A stretch of DNA of 64,000 nt from Leucoraja erinacea (lineage: Eukaryota), in contig NC_073400.1 of the NCBI RefSeq assembly GCF_028641065.1, forward strand, positions 19,592,001-19,656,000, written 5' to 3'. Position 1 is the stretch's first letter; each line of letters starts with the position of its first letter. Shown one piece after another: positions 12,167-26,284 of the stretch. The translations under genes and the position numbers were made by a program. A model generated the notes under the pieces. That model did not search any database, was not told where the DNA came from, and saw nothing but the letters and a program-made list of their open reading frames with translations.

Positions 12167-13784
12167 CAGTGGCTTGCAAAAGTATTCATACCCCTTGAAC
12201 TTTTCCACATTTTGTCTTGTTACAACCACAAACGTAAATGTATTTTATTGGGATTTTATGTGACAGACCAACACAAAGTGGCGCATAATTGTGAAGTGGA
12301 AGGAAAATGATACATGGTTTTCAAATTTTTTACAAATAAAAAACTGAAAAGTGTGGCGTGCAAAAGTATTCAGCCCCCCTGAGTCAATACTTTGTAGAAC
12401 CACCTTTCGCTGCAATTACAGCTGCAAGTCTTTTGGGGTATGTCTCTACCAGCTTTGCACATCTAGAGACTGAAATTTTTGCCCATTCTTCTTTGCAAAA
12501 TAGCTCAAGCTCAGTCAGATTGGATGGAGAGCGTCTGTGAACAGCAATTTTCAAGTCTTGCCAGAGATTCTCAATTGGATTTAGGTCTGGACTTTGACTG
12601 GGCCATTCTAACACATGAATATGCTTTGATCTAAACCATTCCATTGTAGCTCTGGCTGTAGGTTTGGGGTCGTTGTCCTGCTGGAAGGTGAACCTCCGCC
12701 CCAGTCTCAAGTCTTTTGCAGACTCTAACAGGTTTTCTTCCAAGATTGCCCTGTATTTGGCTCCATCCATCTTCCCATCAACTCTGACCAGCTTCCCTGT
12801 CCCTGCTGAAGAAAAGCATCCCCACAGCATGATGCTGCCGCCACCATGTTCCACAGTGGGGATGGTGTGTTCAGGGTGATGTGCTGTGTTAGCTTTCTGC
12901 CACACATAGCGTTTTGCATTCAGGCCGAAAATTTCAATTTTGGTCTCATCTGACCAGAGCACCTTCCTCCACACGTTTGCTGTGTCGCCCACATTGCTTG
13001 TGGCAAACTGCAAACAGGACTTCTTATGGCTTTTTTTCAACAATGGCTTTCTTCTTGCCACTCTTCCATAAAGGCCCGATTTGTGGAGTGCACGACTAAT
13101 AGTTGTCCTGTGGACAGATTCTCCCACCTGAGCTGTGGATCTCTGCAGCTCCTCCAGAGTTACCATGGGCCTCTTGGCTACTTCTCTGATCAATGCTCTC
13201 CTTTCCTTGCCTGTCAGTTTAGGTGGACGGCCATGTCTTGGTAGGTTTGCAGTTGTACCATACTATTTCCATTTTCAGATGATGGATTGAACAGTGCTCC
13301 GTGAGATGTTCAAAGCTTGGGATATTTTTTTTATAACCTAACCCTGCTTTAAACTTCTCCACAACTTTATCCCTGACCTGTCTGGTGTGTTCCTTGGGCT
13401 TCATGATGCTGTTTGTTCAATAATGTTCTCTAACAAACCTCTGAGGCCTTCACAGAACAGCTGTATTTATACTGAGATTAGATTACACACAAGTGGACTC
13501 TATTTACTGATTAGGTGACTTCTGAAGGCAATTGGTTGCACTGGATTTTATTTAGGGGTATCAGAGTAAAGGGGGCTGAATACTTTTGCATGCCACACTT
13601 TTCAGTTTTTTATTTGTAAACAAAATTTGAAAACCATGTATCATTTTCCTTCCACTTCACAATTATGCGCCACTTTGTGTTGGTCTATCACATAAAATCT
13701 CAATAAAATACATTTACGTTTGGGGTTGTAATGTGACAAAATGTGAAAAAGTTCAAGGGGTATGAATACTTTTGCAAGCCACTG
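12167..13784 (-). mobile_element. Tc1 (DD34E) transposon, Passport-like, full length but disrupted
   Basis: TA TSD and ~210-bp IR/DR-type TIRs (CAGTGGCTTGCAAAAGTATTCA). Transposase 13404->12384 begins MKPKEHTRQVRDKVVEK and has WSDETK / QQDNDPK-34-E motifs. It carries a +1 in an A-run and an in-frame TGA. Confidence 0.95.
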
Positions 13785-13937
13785 TACACACTTGTGCTTT
13801 CACTCAGAAAATGATATTTTTGATACACACCCTCACAGAATGAGATTAAAAAATGACAATCAATGGGAAGATGACTGTAGACGGGAGAGAAGAATGAATT
13901 AATTCCCAGCCAATGTGTCCAGCCCCAGCTCACTTAC

Positions 13938-14075
13938 CTAGTCTGCTACGAAGGAACCATCTCATGTCCCTGCACCAGAACAAGAAGACGAAAAAGAACA
14001 GGAGGAATGTTAGGATAAAGCCAAATATACCGATCAGTATAAAGGCCCAGATTGGTAATGACTTCACATCAAACC
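13938..14075 (-). CDS. Gene B exon 4: transmembrane exon
   Basis: Acceptor ttttgcattgcag, donor TAG|GTAAGT, 138 bp, phase 1-1. Encodes GFDVKSLPIWAFILIGIFGFILTFLLFFFVFLFWCRDMRWFLRSRL. Confidence 0.88.
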
Positions 14076-14109
14076 CTGCAATGCAAAATACGAGGTGTCC
14101 TTTATTCTC

Positions 14110-14635
14110 TGAATGGGTGAAATCTCACTGCATTGTCCCATCACACACTCCCAGGGCACAGGTTAGACACAGAATGAAGCTCCCTCTACACTGTCCCATC
14201 ACACACTCCCAGGGCACAGGTTACCTGCCCCATTTCCGGGGTTACGTCCATGCCCGCATTGCCCTGGAGAGGGAACACGCGGTGTCCACGGGGACGTTGG
14301 AGGCCTTACGCGAACGCTGGTCGCCGCGGGAGGTTGATTGTATTATAGATAAGGATGGCGGAATTTTAATTTGAATTTTTTGTCTTTGTTTGTAAACTGC
14401 CGATACAGGCAGTTTTTGGTATGAACGACATACTACTTTGTATGTTGATTTTGTTTTTTGCATAAAGTATTTGTAAAGAAGAAAAAAAAGGGCACAGGTT
14501 AGACACAGAATGAAGCTCCCTCTACACTGTCCCATCACACACTCCCGAGGCATGGTTTAGACACAGAGTGAAGCTCCCTCTATGCTTTCCCATAACACAC
14601 TTCCAGGGCATGGGTAGATAAAGAGTGAAGCTCCA
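14110..14635 (+). repeat. ~56-bp tandem repeat (cacagaatgaagctccctctacactgtcccatcacacactcccagggcacaggttaga)
   Basis: About five units, interrupted by a LINE fragment. Confidence 0.8.
14224..14488 (+). mobile_element. Tx1/L1-clade LINE 3' fragment
   Basis: ARIALEREHA..LEAxRERW ORF end, A-rich tail and 13-bp TSD AGGGCACAGGTTA. Confidence 0.8.
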
Positions 14636-15499
14636 ACCAGGTTCTCACATTAGAATGCTGGAATTAGAGAACAAAATAAACTGCTGGAAATATAAATGGG
14701 TCAATCAGCATCCATGAAGGCAAAGGGAATGTTGATATTTCAGGTTGAGACTGCATTAGGACTCACCTACTGGGCATGCCTTGAATTGGCATGCATTTCA
14801 CCTATCCTATATTATTTCACCCGTGTTATTCTGTCTGTTCCCACTCTCCCACTGCTCCCATTAATTCACTGATCAGATAACCTTGTTTCCATTTTATCCC
14901 CGTGGTCAACCTGGAGGTCATGAATGAACCAAGGTCATTGGAGCAGTGGAGCAGCAGCTCTACCTGCTGTGCCACTGCGCTGCCCCAACTGCACCTCCTG
15001 TAACTCTTACTTTCATTTCATTTAGTCTGGATGTACCTGGATCAGCCTTGCTTTTGTTCTGGTCACTCTGGTTTAGTCTGGGCCAGCCTAAATTTGACCC
15101 CTCCTTCTCAGGTGGGTTCGTCTGGGCTTAACCAGGGGCAAGAATAGGCCAAGCCTAGGCTGGCTCAAGCTAACCAAAATGAGATTACAGCCAAGTACAG
15201 GTAGACCCAGACTATTCTTGGTGGGCAAAAAATAAACTGCTGGAGGAACTCAATGTGTCAGGCAGCATATGTGCAGAGAAATTGACAGATTATGTTAATT
15301 GAAGAATGAGAGGAATCAAAAGGAGTTGTTGAGGATGAGGACAATCTCCCCTACATGTAGGGGAGTATTAATTAGTCATGTGGCATGGAAGCAGGCCCTT
15401 CGGCCCAACTTGCCAATGCTGACCAAGATGCCCCATCTACACTAGTCCCATCTCCCCACGTTTGGCCTATTTTCCTCTTTAGTTATAGGAGCATAATTA

Positions 15500-16735
15500 G
15501 GCCATTCAGCACATCAACTCTACTCCGCTATTCAGTCATGGCTGATCTATCTTCTCCTCTCATCCTCATTCTCCGCCTACTCCTCATAACTCCTGAAACC
15601 CATACTAATCAGGAATCTGTCAATCTCTATCCATTATGGCCTCCACAATCTTCTGTGGCAATGAATTCCACAGAGTCACCACTCTTTGACTGAAGAAACT
15701 CCCCACCATCTTTCTAAAGGTACGTCCTTTTATTCTGAGATTATGGCATATGGTCTTAGACTTTCCTACCTGTGGAAATATCCTCTTCACATCCACTCTA
15801 TCTAAGCCGTTCACTATTCGGTAAGTTTCAATGTGGTCCCCCTTCATCTTTCTAAACACCAGCGAGTGCAGGCCCAGTGCTGTCAGAAACACTCATCATA
15901 GTTTAACTCAATCATTCCTGGGATCATTTTCGTAAACCTCCTCTGGACCCTCTCCAACTCCAGGACATCCTTCCTCGGATATGAGGCCCAAAACCGCTCA
16001 CAATACACCAAATGCAGTCTGACCAGTGCCTCAAAAAGCCTCAGCATTACATCCCTACTTTTATATTCTTGTACTCTCAAAATTTTTGCTAGCATTGCAT
16101 TTGCTTTCCTTACTCCCAATTCGACTTGTAAATTAACTTTTTGGGAATTCCGTGCCAGCACTCCCAAGTCCCTTTGCACCTCCGATTTCTGAATTATCCC
16201 TCCATTTAGAAAATAGTCTATGCTTTTATTCCGACTCCCAAAATGCATGACTCCACACTTTGCTACACTGTATTTCATCTGCTACTTCTTAGCGCACTTT
16301 CCCAACCTGTCCAAGATCTTCTGCAAAGTCCCTGCTTTTTCTACATTTCCAACCCCTCCACCTATCTTCGTATAATCTGCAAACTTGGCCACAAAACCTT
16401 AAATTCTCGCATCCACATCATTGATATAGAATGTGAAGAGTAGCGGCCCCAGCACTGACTACAGCGGAACACCATTAGTAACTGGCTGCCTACCAGAAAA
16501 AGCCCCCTTTATTGCCACTCTATGCATCCTGCCACAGCCAACCTGCTATCCATGCTACTAATTTCCCTCTGATACCATCTTCTTTAGCAGCCTCACAATG
16601 TGGCACCTTGTCAAAGGCCTTCTGAAAATCTAGGTAAACAATATTCACTGACTTTCCTTTGCCTATTCTGCTATTTACTTCCTCAAATAATTTAAATCGG
16701 TCTATCAGGCAAGATCTCCCTTCCACAAATCCCTT
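15500..16735 (-). mobile_element. CR1 LINE fragment (RT region, decayed)
   Basis: [10 protein letters not shown] and LERVQRRFTKMIPG remnants. Confidence 0.88.
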
Positions 16736-18622
16736 CCTCTAAAACTTTCCTATCTATGTACCTGTCCAAATGTATTTTAAATGTTGTTAATCTGCCTTAA
16801 CTACCTCCTCTGGCTGCTCAATACATATACCTGCCACCTCTGTGTGAAAAAGTTGCAGGTTAGGTTTCTATTAAATCATTCCCCTCTCACCTTAAACCCA
16901 TGTCTGCTGGTTCTCGATTTCCCTACTCTAGGTAAAACACTGTGCATCTACCCTATCAAATCCCATCATGACCTTATACACCTCTATAGGATTACCCCTC
17001 CTCTGCTCCAAGGAATAAAGTCCCAGCCTGCCCAACCTCTCCCTACAGCTCTGGCTCTAAAGTCCTGGCAAAACCCTCATAAATCTTCTCTGAACTCTCT
17101 CCAGCGTAACACCATTTTTCCTATAACAGTGGCCAAAACTGAAATCAATACAGCCAACTCGCATTTTACGTGTGTTTAATTTTTACATTTTTGGAATAAC
17201 TCACTTGTTTAATTAATACCAAAGCTTAATTTACATGTTTGTATTTTTGAAATACCCTGTAACATATGTCTGGCAGCATCGTGGCCTGTGATGCCTGGCA
17301 AGGTACTAAATAGAACAACATTGACTCGCTGCCAAAGCCATCTTAAGTGTTTATTGACAATGTTTATTTAAGATTTATTTACTGTTAGTTTTTCCATATT
17401 AACTGTTTTTTTCCTTTATTAATGAGGAAGGTAAAAAAAATAATGGAGTCATACAAACTATTTATGCAGATTGTTATATGACTTTTCCCCTAACCTGTAA
17501 CATTTACAGACATTCTTACAGTAAAAATATGTTTAATTTACACGCTTTTGAGATACACGCTGCTTTTCCAAAATGCAACCCTTGTGTAAAATGAGAGGTA
17601 GCTGTACTCCAAAGTGGCCTCATCAATGTCATGTACAAATGTTACATAACATCCCAACTTTTATACTCAGTATGTGTAGGAAAGAACTGCAAATGCTGAT
17701 TTAAATCAAAGATATTTACAAAATGCTGGAGTAACTCAGTGGGAAAGGCATCATCTCTGGAGAGAAGGAATGGGTTCTCTCCACTCCTTCTCTCCTGAGA
17801 TGTTGCCTATCCCGCTGAGTTACTCCAGCATTTTGTGTCAATCTTCTATACAGTACCATGACTGACAAAAGCTAATGTGCCAAAAGCTGTCATGACCACC
17901 CTGGTTATCTATGATGCCATTTTCAGGGAACTATGTATCTGCACTCCTAGATCTACTTGCTCTACAACACTTCCCATGGTGCTGCTATTTACTATGAAGG
18001 TCCTGCCCTGGTTTGACTTCCAAAAATGCAACACCTCAGACTTAACTTCATTAAACTCCATTAACTATTCCTCATTCCACTTGTCAATTGATCAAGATCC
18101 TCCTCTACGTTTTGATAACCATCTTCACTAACTATGATACACCTGCTTACTAAAGCAAACTTACTAATCATTCCTTGTACATTGTCATCCAAATCGTTGA
18201 TATAAACCACAAACAGCAATGGGCCCAGCATCAATCCCTAAGGCATACCACTAGTCACAGGCCTTCAGTCCAGAAAACAACCTTCCATCACCCTCTGCTT
18301 CCTTCCATGAATCCAATTCTCTATCCAGTTGGCAAGCTCCCCCTAGATCCAGTGCGATCTCACCTTTCTGAGTAGCCTACCATGCGGAACCTTATCAAAT
18401 GCTTTGCATTGGACATAGACGCAGATGCTAGAATGAGGGGAACTGGTTAGGTCTCTGTTCCAAGAAGAAACTGAGGGCCAGAGGCCTTCCTGTTGAGAAT
18501 GGAAATGTAAAGGTATTGAAGAAAGTGAGAGGAATCAAAAGAAAAGTTGTTGTGGGACCATTTCCCTGCACAAATGCACAGATACTAACTAACAGCTGAG
18601 TTTGCTCTAGCAGTTTCTCTCC

Positions 18623-18653
<31 letters not shown>

Positions 18654-19941
18654 CTTACCTCCTTCCCTCCCTTGAACTCATGCTGATCTTGCATCTGTTT
18701 ATCCCCACCCCCACCATGTGCACCATTTTCAATGGATACACAATTGACAACTTTTCTATCCCTGTGCTTAACAATTTGCAATTCATTATACGTTTTGGGC
18801 TCTCACCTGTCTCTTCATCTATGGCCTTTGACCAACAGTCTGCCCATAAATAAAAAAAACCCTTGCCTGTGTTCACCTACTACCGGTCAAGCTTTGTCCT
18901 TCTCCATCTCTTTTCCAGCTTTCTTTCCAACCCCCTTGAAATCAGCCGATAGGAGGGTTCCGACCTGAAATCCGGCCTATCCATGTTCTCTAGGATGCTG
19001 CCTGACCCGCTGTTACTCCAGCATTTTGTGTCTTTCTTTGGCAATAAATAATTTCCCTATTATTAAATGTTTGATAGATCAGGAACAATGAATCTAGAGC
19101 ACCCATGGAGAACAGGGGTCAATTTGGACAATCCTTGATGAGACCAAATTAAGGCACTCCCAGACCATCTTGGGAATGAACAGGTCAACCCTCACTCCAT
19201 CCCACTCTGAGCAGAGTCTGACACTGCCAGACCTGTCCAGTCCCTTCCCCAGTGAAAGTGGGCCAGACCCATTTGCACCTGACCTGTCCCATGCCAATTG
19301 AGGGGGAGGTGGGTGACAAATCTGTTCCAAACCGATCCTGTTCTGCCTACAGTGAAGAGGTCAGACCCAACTCTTCTCCAGTCTGTCCCACCTCCTACCT
19401 TGGGGGCCAAACCTGGTGAGAGAAATCAGGGCTCGCTTCCACCTTGCCCTGTCTCCAGTGAAGGGGTGATGATCTGATCATCCTTCACCCTGTCCCATCC
19501 ACAATAAGAGGAGGGTGGGGGTTCAGGCCTACCCTGCTTCAACCCTGCCCTGTTCCTCATGAGACATTCCTATATTGCCTCCACCTTGTCCCACCCCTAG
19601 AAAGACAGACCCGTCCCCTCCATGAAAATCTGGTCCCATCCCCAATGAGACCTAACCCTAACCCACCCTGACCCGTCCCCAGTGCGACAGACCTGAACCT
19701 TCTCCATCCTGATCCTCAGTGAGACAGACCCAAACCTCTCCCATCCAGTCATTCCTCAGAGACATATCTAATCTCCCCCACCCTGTCCAGCCCTGACCCA
19801 TCCCCAGCGAGACAGACCAGATACTTCTCCACCCTGTCCCACCCACAGTGAGGCAGGCCTGACCTTCTCCCACCCAGTCTTGCCCAAGTGAGACAGACCT
19901 GACCCTTCGCCTCCTGTCCCATTCTTAGTGAGGGGTCAGAC

Positions 19942-20226
19942 CTGTGCTGCAATCCCGTTTCAGGTTGACCTCCATGCTCTGCTTGCTGACAGGGTTGGAG
20001 ACGGTGCAGCGGTAGAGTGAGTAGATCATGGAATACATGGCGGCCGTGGAGACGGTGAGGGAGCTGCCTTTATTGGTGATGTTGTGCAGCTTGTCGGAGG
20101 TCAGCTCACAGCCGGCAGCCTGCCACATGAAATGCAGCCCATTGCCATGCGACACCTGGCAGTGCAGTATGCAGGCCCTGGAGTCCGCTGCTTGACTCAC
20201 CAGGATAGACACGTTCTTCACCGGCT
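19942..20226 (-). CDS. Gene B exon 3: SLAM/CD2-type Ig C2 domain
   Basis: Acceptor tattctgcctgtag. Encodes EPVKNVSI...CILHCQV...FMW...YRCTVSNPVSKQS...DC, the four-Cys pattern and NPVS motif characteristic of CD2/SLAM C2 domains. Donor CAG|GTCTGA, phase 1. Confidence 0.9.
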
Positions 20227-20855
20227 CTACAGGCAGAATATAGAGAGTCAGAAGGGTGGGTCCCAGAAGGTAAATTGATATTGCCCCGAATAAGAGAGGA
20301 GGGGAACTAGACAGTGAACATATCTTGGACAGGGAGAGAGGGGGAACCAGTCAGTGAACAGATATCTCCTGGACAGGGAGAAATTGAAGGCATCGCATTT
20401 ATTGAATGGATATACTCCAGGACATGGAGACACCAGTCAGAGTCACAGATATCACCCTATGAGAAAAGGACTGAGAGACATCAGTCAGTGTACAGATATC
20501 TCCCTCTCCAGTAACTTGCCCGCCACAAACATTAGGCTAACTGGTCCCAGGCTTTTCCATGCAGATTCTTAAATGCAGGCACAACATTAACCACCCTCCA
20601 GTCTTCTGGCATCTCACCTGTGCCTAATGATTCATATTTCTCAACCAGACCTCCTGCAATTTCTTCCCAAGCCTCAAAAAAGTGTCCTCAAATTTTTCTG
20701 ATCAGGCGCGGGAGATTTATCAACCGCCATATACCTTAGTAGATCCAGCACCCACTGGACTGTAATACAGACTGCCCTCAAGACGTCTCCATTAACTGCC
20801 CCCAGGTTTCCCAGTCTTCATGTCTTTGTCCATGATAAAAACAGAGAATAAATAC

Positions 20856-22125
20856 TGTCAAGTCTTCTAATGTTTTTGTGCAGATTCCCCGCTTGAAAGG
20901 GATCTGATTCAAACATCCTGAAATGATGAACTGGATTTCACTCAATGACCAAACACTTCTTTTCCATTTTTTTTTCCCCTTTTTATTTTGGCAGATTCAG
21001 CAATTAATTTACAGTTCCACTTGATTTATTGCTTCAGCCATTACCTTGAAGGCATTTGGATGTTGTAGGTCTTAAGGTGTTTAACAGTTTAGTCTTTTAG
21101 CAGGTGAAAAACCGGCTGCTAATCGGGTGTTGTATATAATCAGTCCTGCATGCCTTTGCTGGCGATCGCGGCAGTTTTTAGGACAGTCTCTTAGATTATA
21201 CTGTTCAAGTTTTAGCCGCAAGTCAACTTCTCTCACGGGCCTGTCCGTTTTACTGTTCACGGTTGGGCTGACTCTGATCCCGACCGGGACTTTCTCTGTT
21301 TTCTCCCCCCACTGGGTTGACTGTTCCCGGTTGGGCTGAAGACTCAGCCTCTGTCGGTGGTTCTCTGGACCTGTCCGTGGCCTACACGGTACCAGGCCCT
21401 CACCTGACGTCTGTGGCTGCTACTGGGGCTGGCCGTGGGTTACACGGTCCTCTTGTCGGTGGCTTCTCTGAACCTGTCCGTGGCCTTCATGGTACTAGGC
21501 CCCCACCCGACGCCTGTTGCTGCTGCTTGGGCTTGGCTGTGGGCTGCACAGCCCTGGATACATTCCAGGTAAGCTGACACAGTGCTTGGTGACCCTTACT
21601 GGCCCTGCTTGTTTTCCTAGCTCTTCCCTGAGCTATTGCTTCCCGTTCCTACCTTTTTTCTTTTTGGCGCCATTTCAAAACCATTTGGCTTGGTGCTGTT
21701 CCACTTGTTTCCAAATACTACTTCTATTTTTAACTTTTGTTTTCGATTCTTCTTGCTGGCCTTGTTCTTATCTTCGTTCTTTTATCCTCGTTGCCAATTG
21801 TTGTGTATTCGGATGCTTTGAACTGTCTTGAATAAAGGCTTGGACACGGGAGGAATCATACAAGCTTCTTTACTGCAGGACGCCACCTCCAGTCTCCCCC
21901 TGCTCATGCGTACTTGCCCAAGACATCACAAGACACCAATTACTTATTCTAATTATCCCATACCTAACACTCCTCCCCCTTTAACTTGGAGGCAGGTAAT
22001 AACATTTCTATTACATACATAATACTCCTCCCCTTTTCACCTGTACGGTATATGCTCTTTTGCTACTATTGTGTGCTTGTGATTTTCATTTAGCATTAGT
22101 CCTTTCATTACAGTTTGACTTGACA
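20856..22125. mobile_element. Probable solo LTR (1270 bp) inserted in an old CR1
   Basis: TGTCAAGTC...GACTTGACA inverted termini (TG..CA), 5-bp TSD AATAC, an internal direct repeat, TATATAA near 21133 and AATAAA at 21831. Confidence 0.75.
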
Positions 22126-22319
22126 AATACTGATTGAGGACCTTATCCATCTTCCGCAGTTGCACACAAAGATGACAAATTTGATTTCTGAGGAGGCCTA
22201 TTCTCTCTCTCCCACTTTCTTCTAATGTACTTATTAAATCTCTTCGATTTTCTTTAAGATTATCTGCTTTTTCTCCTTCTGATTTTCTTTTTAAGTCTGA
22301 TTCTCATAAGGTCATAAGT

Positions 22320-24500
22320 GATAGTAGAATTACATCATTCGGCCCATCAAGTTACTCCACCGTTCAATCATGGCTGATCTATTTCATCCTCCTAACCCCA
22401 TTCTCCTGCCTTCTCCCCATAACCTCTGGTCTGTACTAATCAAAAATCTATCTCTCTCTCCCTTAAATATATTCACTGATGTACCCTCTCCAGCCTTCTG
22501 TGGCAAAGATTTCCACAGATTCACCACTGTCTGACTAAATAAATGTCTCCTCAACTCCTTCCTAAAATAACCTCCTTTAATTCAGAGCCTGTGACCTCTA
22601 GTCCTAGACTCTTCCACTAGTGGAAACATCCTCTCCACATCCACTCTATCCAAGCCTTTCACTATTCTGTATGTTTCAATGAGGTCCACCCTCATTCTTC
22701 TAAACTCCACCGAGTACAGGCCCAGTGCCGACAAATGCTCATCAGAGGTTATCCTACTCATTCTGGGATTATTCTTGCAAACCTCCTCTGGACCCTCTCC
22801 AGAGCCAACACATCCTTCCTCAGATTTGGTGCCCAAAGTTGCTCCCAACATACCAAATACGGCCTTATCAGCGCCTTATAGAGCCTCACCATTACATCCC
22901 TGTTTTTTATATAAGCCCTCTTGAAATAAATGCTAGCATTGAGTTTGCTTTCTTTACTACCGATTTGACTTGCAAATGAACTTTTTGGGAACCATGCACC
23001 AGCACACCCAAGTCCCTTTGCACCTCCAATTTCTGGATTCTCTCCCCATTTAGAAAATAGTCTATTACTTTTTTCTACTATAAAAATGTATGACTCCACA
23101 CTTTGCTACACTATATTCCATCTGCCAATTCTCTGCCCACTCTCCCAACCTGTCCAAGTCCTTCTGCAGAGTCCCTGCTTTCTCTGCACTACCTGCCCTT
23201 CCACCTATTTTCGTATCATCTGCAAACTTGGCCACAAAGCCTTCAATCCCCTCGTCCAAATCATTCATGTACAACGTGAAGAGTAACGGCCGCAGCATCG
23301 ACCCCTGAGGCACTGGCAGCCAACCAGAAACAGCCACCTTTATTGCCATACTTTGATTTCTGCCATCTAGTCAATCTGCTATCCATGCTATTAACTGGCT
23401 TATATTGCTTGTACAGCAAGGTAATATTGGCAATTTTACAATCATCTAGGACCTCTCATGTCTCTAGTGATTCTTGAAATACCACTGTCATTGTCTCCAC
23501 AATCTCTAAAGTCACCTCTTTCAGAACCCTAGGCTGCAGTCCATCTGGTCCAGGTGACTTATCCACCTTCAGCCCTTTCAGCTTCCCAAGCACCTTCTCC
23601 CTAGTAATAACCACTCCACTAACTTCCACCCCTTGACTGCCTTGAATTTCAGGCACATTGCTGGTGTCTTCCACTGCGTAGACTGATGCAAAAAAGTTAT
23701 TCAACTTCTCTGCCATTTCTTTATTCCCCATTGTTACTTCTCCTGCATCATTCTCCAGCGGCCCAACTTCCATTCTTGCCTCTTTCTTACTCTTTATATA
23801 ACTGAAGAAACTCTTGCTATCCTCTTTTATATTATTGGCTAACTTACCTTCGTATTTCATCTTTTCTCCCCATTTTGGCTTTTTAGTTACCTGCAGTTGT
23901 TCTTTAAAAGCTTCCCAATCCTCTGGCTTCCCATTAATCTTTGCTATGTTATATGCCTTCTCTTTTAGTTTTATACTGTCCTTGACATCCCTTGTCAGCC
24001 ATGGTCACCTCTTTCTCCCCCTAGAATCTTTCTTCCTCTTTGGAATGAAAAGAGCTTGCATCTTCCAGATTATTCCCAGAAATTCCTGCTATTGCTGTTC
24101 CACCGTCACCCTGTGCTAGGGTCCTTTTCCAGTCAACTTTGGCTAGGTCCTCCCTCATGCCTCTGCAGTCCCCTTTTGCTCAGCTACAATACCAACACAT
24201 CCAATTTCACCTTCTCCCTCTCAAATTGCAGATTAATTCTCAATTCCCTAAACTCCTCCAGGGATACACTTGATCCCAGCTGCCTATACCTGTCCCGTGC
24301 CTTCTTTGTTTTCCTGATCAAAGCCTTAATTTCTCTTGTCATCCAAGCTTCCTTATACCCACCTGCTTTCCCCTGCACTCTAACAGGAACATGCATGCTG
24401 TGAACTCTTGTCATCACACTTTTAGAAGCATCCCACTTTCCAAACATTCATTTTCCCACAAACAAGCTACTCCAATTAACTTGTGCAAGTTCCTTTCTAA
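22320..24500 (-). mobile_element. CR1 LINE fragments (ORF2, decayed)
   Basis: KSPGPDGLQPRVLKE, VPQGSML and KFADDTK motifs. Confidence 0.9.
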
Positions 24501-25232
24501 TAACATTATAATTGTCAACATATGACAATTAAACTCTCTTGACTTATGACTCCCCCTGAGAGGCAGAAATTGAAAGGCACTATTCATCTTGAGAAGATGG
24601 TGCTGAAATCTCTTAAATTTCTGCAGTCCTTCTGGTGGAGGTGTTCTACAGTGCAATTGATATATTTCCTAAGATAGACACAAAGTGCTGAAGTAACTCA
24701 ACAGAACAGGCAGCATCGCAGGAGGTGACGTTTCGGGTCCAGACCCTTCTTCAGACAGAGTTGGGGGAAAAGGAAATGAGCAGTCATATTAGTGTGGGAC
24801 TTGGATGGGAACTTGCTGGCAATGGTATAGCCCTGCAACTACAACCCTTATTCTTAAGGTGATAGAGGTGGCGGGTTTCAGAGGTTGGGTCAGATTAGAT
24901 TGATCATTTATCAGTCCCATTAATGATTCTGTAATGTGTTGGATGCTGATTATCTTGACTGCACATCTCACATGAATCTGCTCTCCTCCACTCTCTTCCG
25001 AGGTTTTCAATGACTTCCTCCACCAAGAAGGCTATAAAATATTTGTTTTATTCCTGTCATTATTCACCAATACAATATCTCCTACCTCAGCATGAAAGTG
25101 GCCCAGGTTATGTTTCCATTTTCTTTTAACAAATCTGTAGAAGCTCTTATAGTTTGTTTTTGGCTTCTCACTTGCCAACTCTCCTTTACCTTTCCTCATC
25201 AATTACCTGGGGAGAGAGAGCTGGCTACTCAC

Positions 25233-25562
25233 CGTACACTTGCAGTTGTAGGACACTGCGTGTCATCTCATCCCAGATATACCAAACTACCATGCGATAC
25301 AGCCCATTGTCAGAGGGCTTGACCATGAACAATTGCAGTCCATAGTCAGGCAACAACTCCATGCGTGTGTCGGAGGGTGAGAAACACATCCTGCTTTTGT
25401 TGCCCATCTTCTCACACAGAGTGATAGGAGGCTCCCCATTTCTCCGGCGATAACCCCACTGAATTATCTCAGGGTGGGCCTTCAGAATGGGCCGCAACGT
25501 TATCGATTGTCCGATGGTGGCATTCACCACATAGGAGGGTCTCCAGATAGCCTGAGCCACAT
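25233..25562 (-). CDS. Gene B exon 2: CD2/SLAM-type Ig V domain
   Basis: Acceptor tctgtccccatccag, donor G|GTGAGT, 330 bp. Motifs NATIGQSITL, IIQWGY, RMELLPDYGLQL..VKPSDNGLY and LQLQVY. Confidence 0.92.
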
Positions 25563-26284
25563 CTGGATGGGGACAGAGTGGGAGAGAGAGAGTGTGAGGG
25601 TAAAGGGATGGGACAACGATGAACCAGGGAGGGCAGAGTGTGTAAGGAGAGGTGCAATGTGGGGAGAGTTGTAATAGAGGTAGTGGGAGTGCGAGGGGAG
25701 GGATGTTGAATGTTACGGGAATGGAGAAGGCCTGGGGAAGACGGCAAACCGATTGGGATCAAGGAACTGAAAACTACCAATGTGTCCCAAGCCATTAGAG
25801 ATGGTATGGATATAGGTGTGAAGGGAATGGACCCAGACAGAAAAGATGGGGGGAAGAGCAGGCTGAAATAATGGATTTGCCAGCACAGTCCTGCTTGTGT
25901 TTCTTCAGAAGATAGCAGCAGGCTGTGTGGGGCTGGGGCACCAGAGGATGAAAATGTAGTGGGAAAATCTCCCAAGAAAATGGGGTCAGTCAATCAGGGA
26001 GACTATGAGCTGGTGTTTGGTGAGGCGTCTTGGTCCATGGAGAGGAGTGGGGATGTGGAGTGGATCTTTCCAGGGAGAGGGGTGGAGGAAGGAGGTCCAG
26101 AGGGAGGGGTGTGTGAAGGTGGTGGAGGAGGGTGGGTATGGGGAAAGGGTAGGTGCAGGGAGCTGGAGTGTGGAGTCTGGGGGTGGGGGTGGGGGCGGAC
26201 AGTGGCCTCAACGTCTCCTATAACCCCGTCTCTCCGAACCGTCTCTTCCCTTTTCATCACGCCCCCTCCAGCCCCGCCCCTCAC

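Noticed and set aside
14110-14635. CRISPR-like array
   Set aside because: This is a eukaryotic tandem repeat with no unique spacers and no cas genes.
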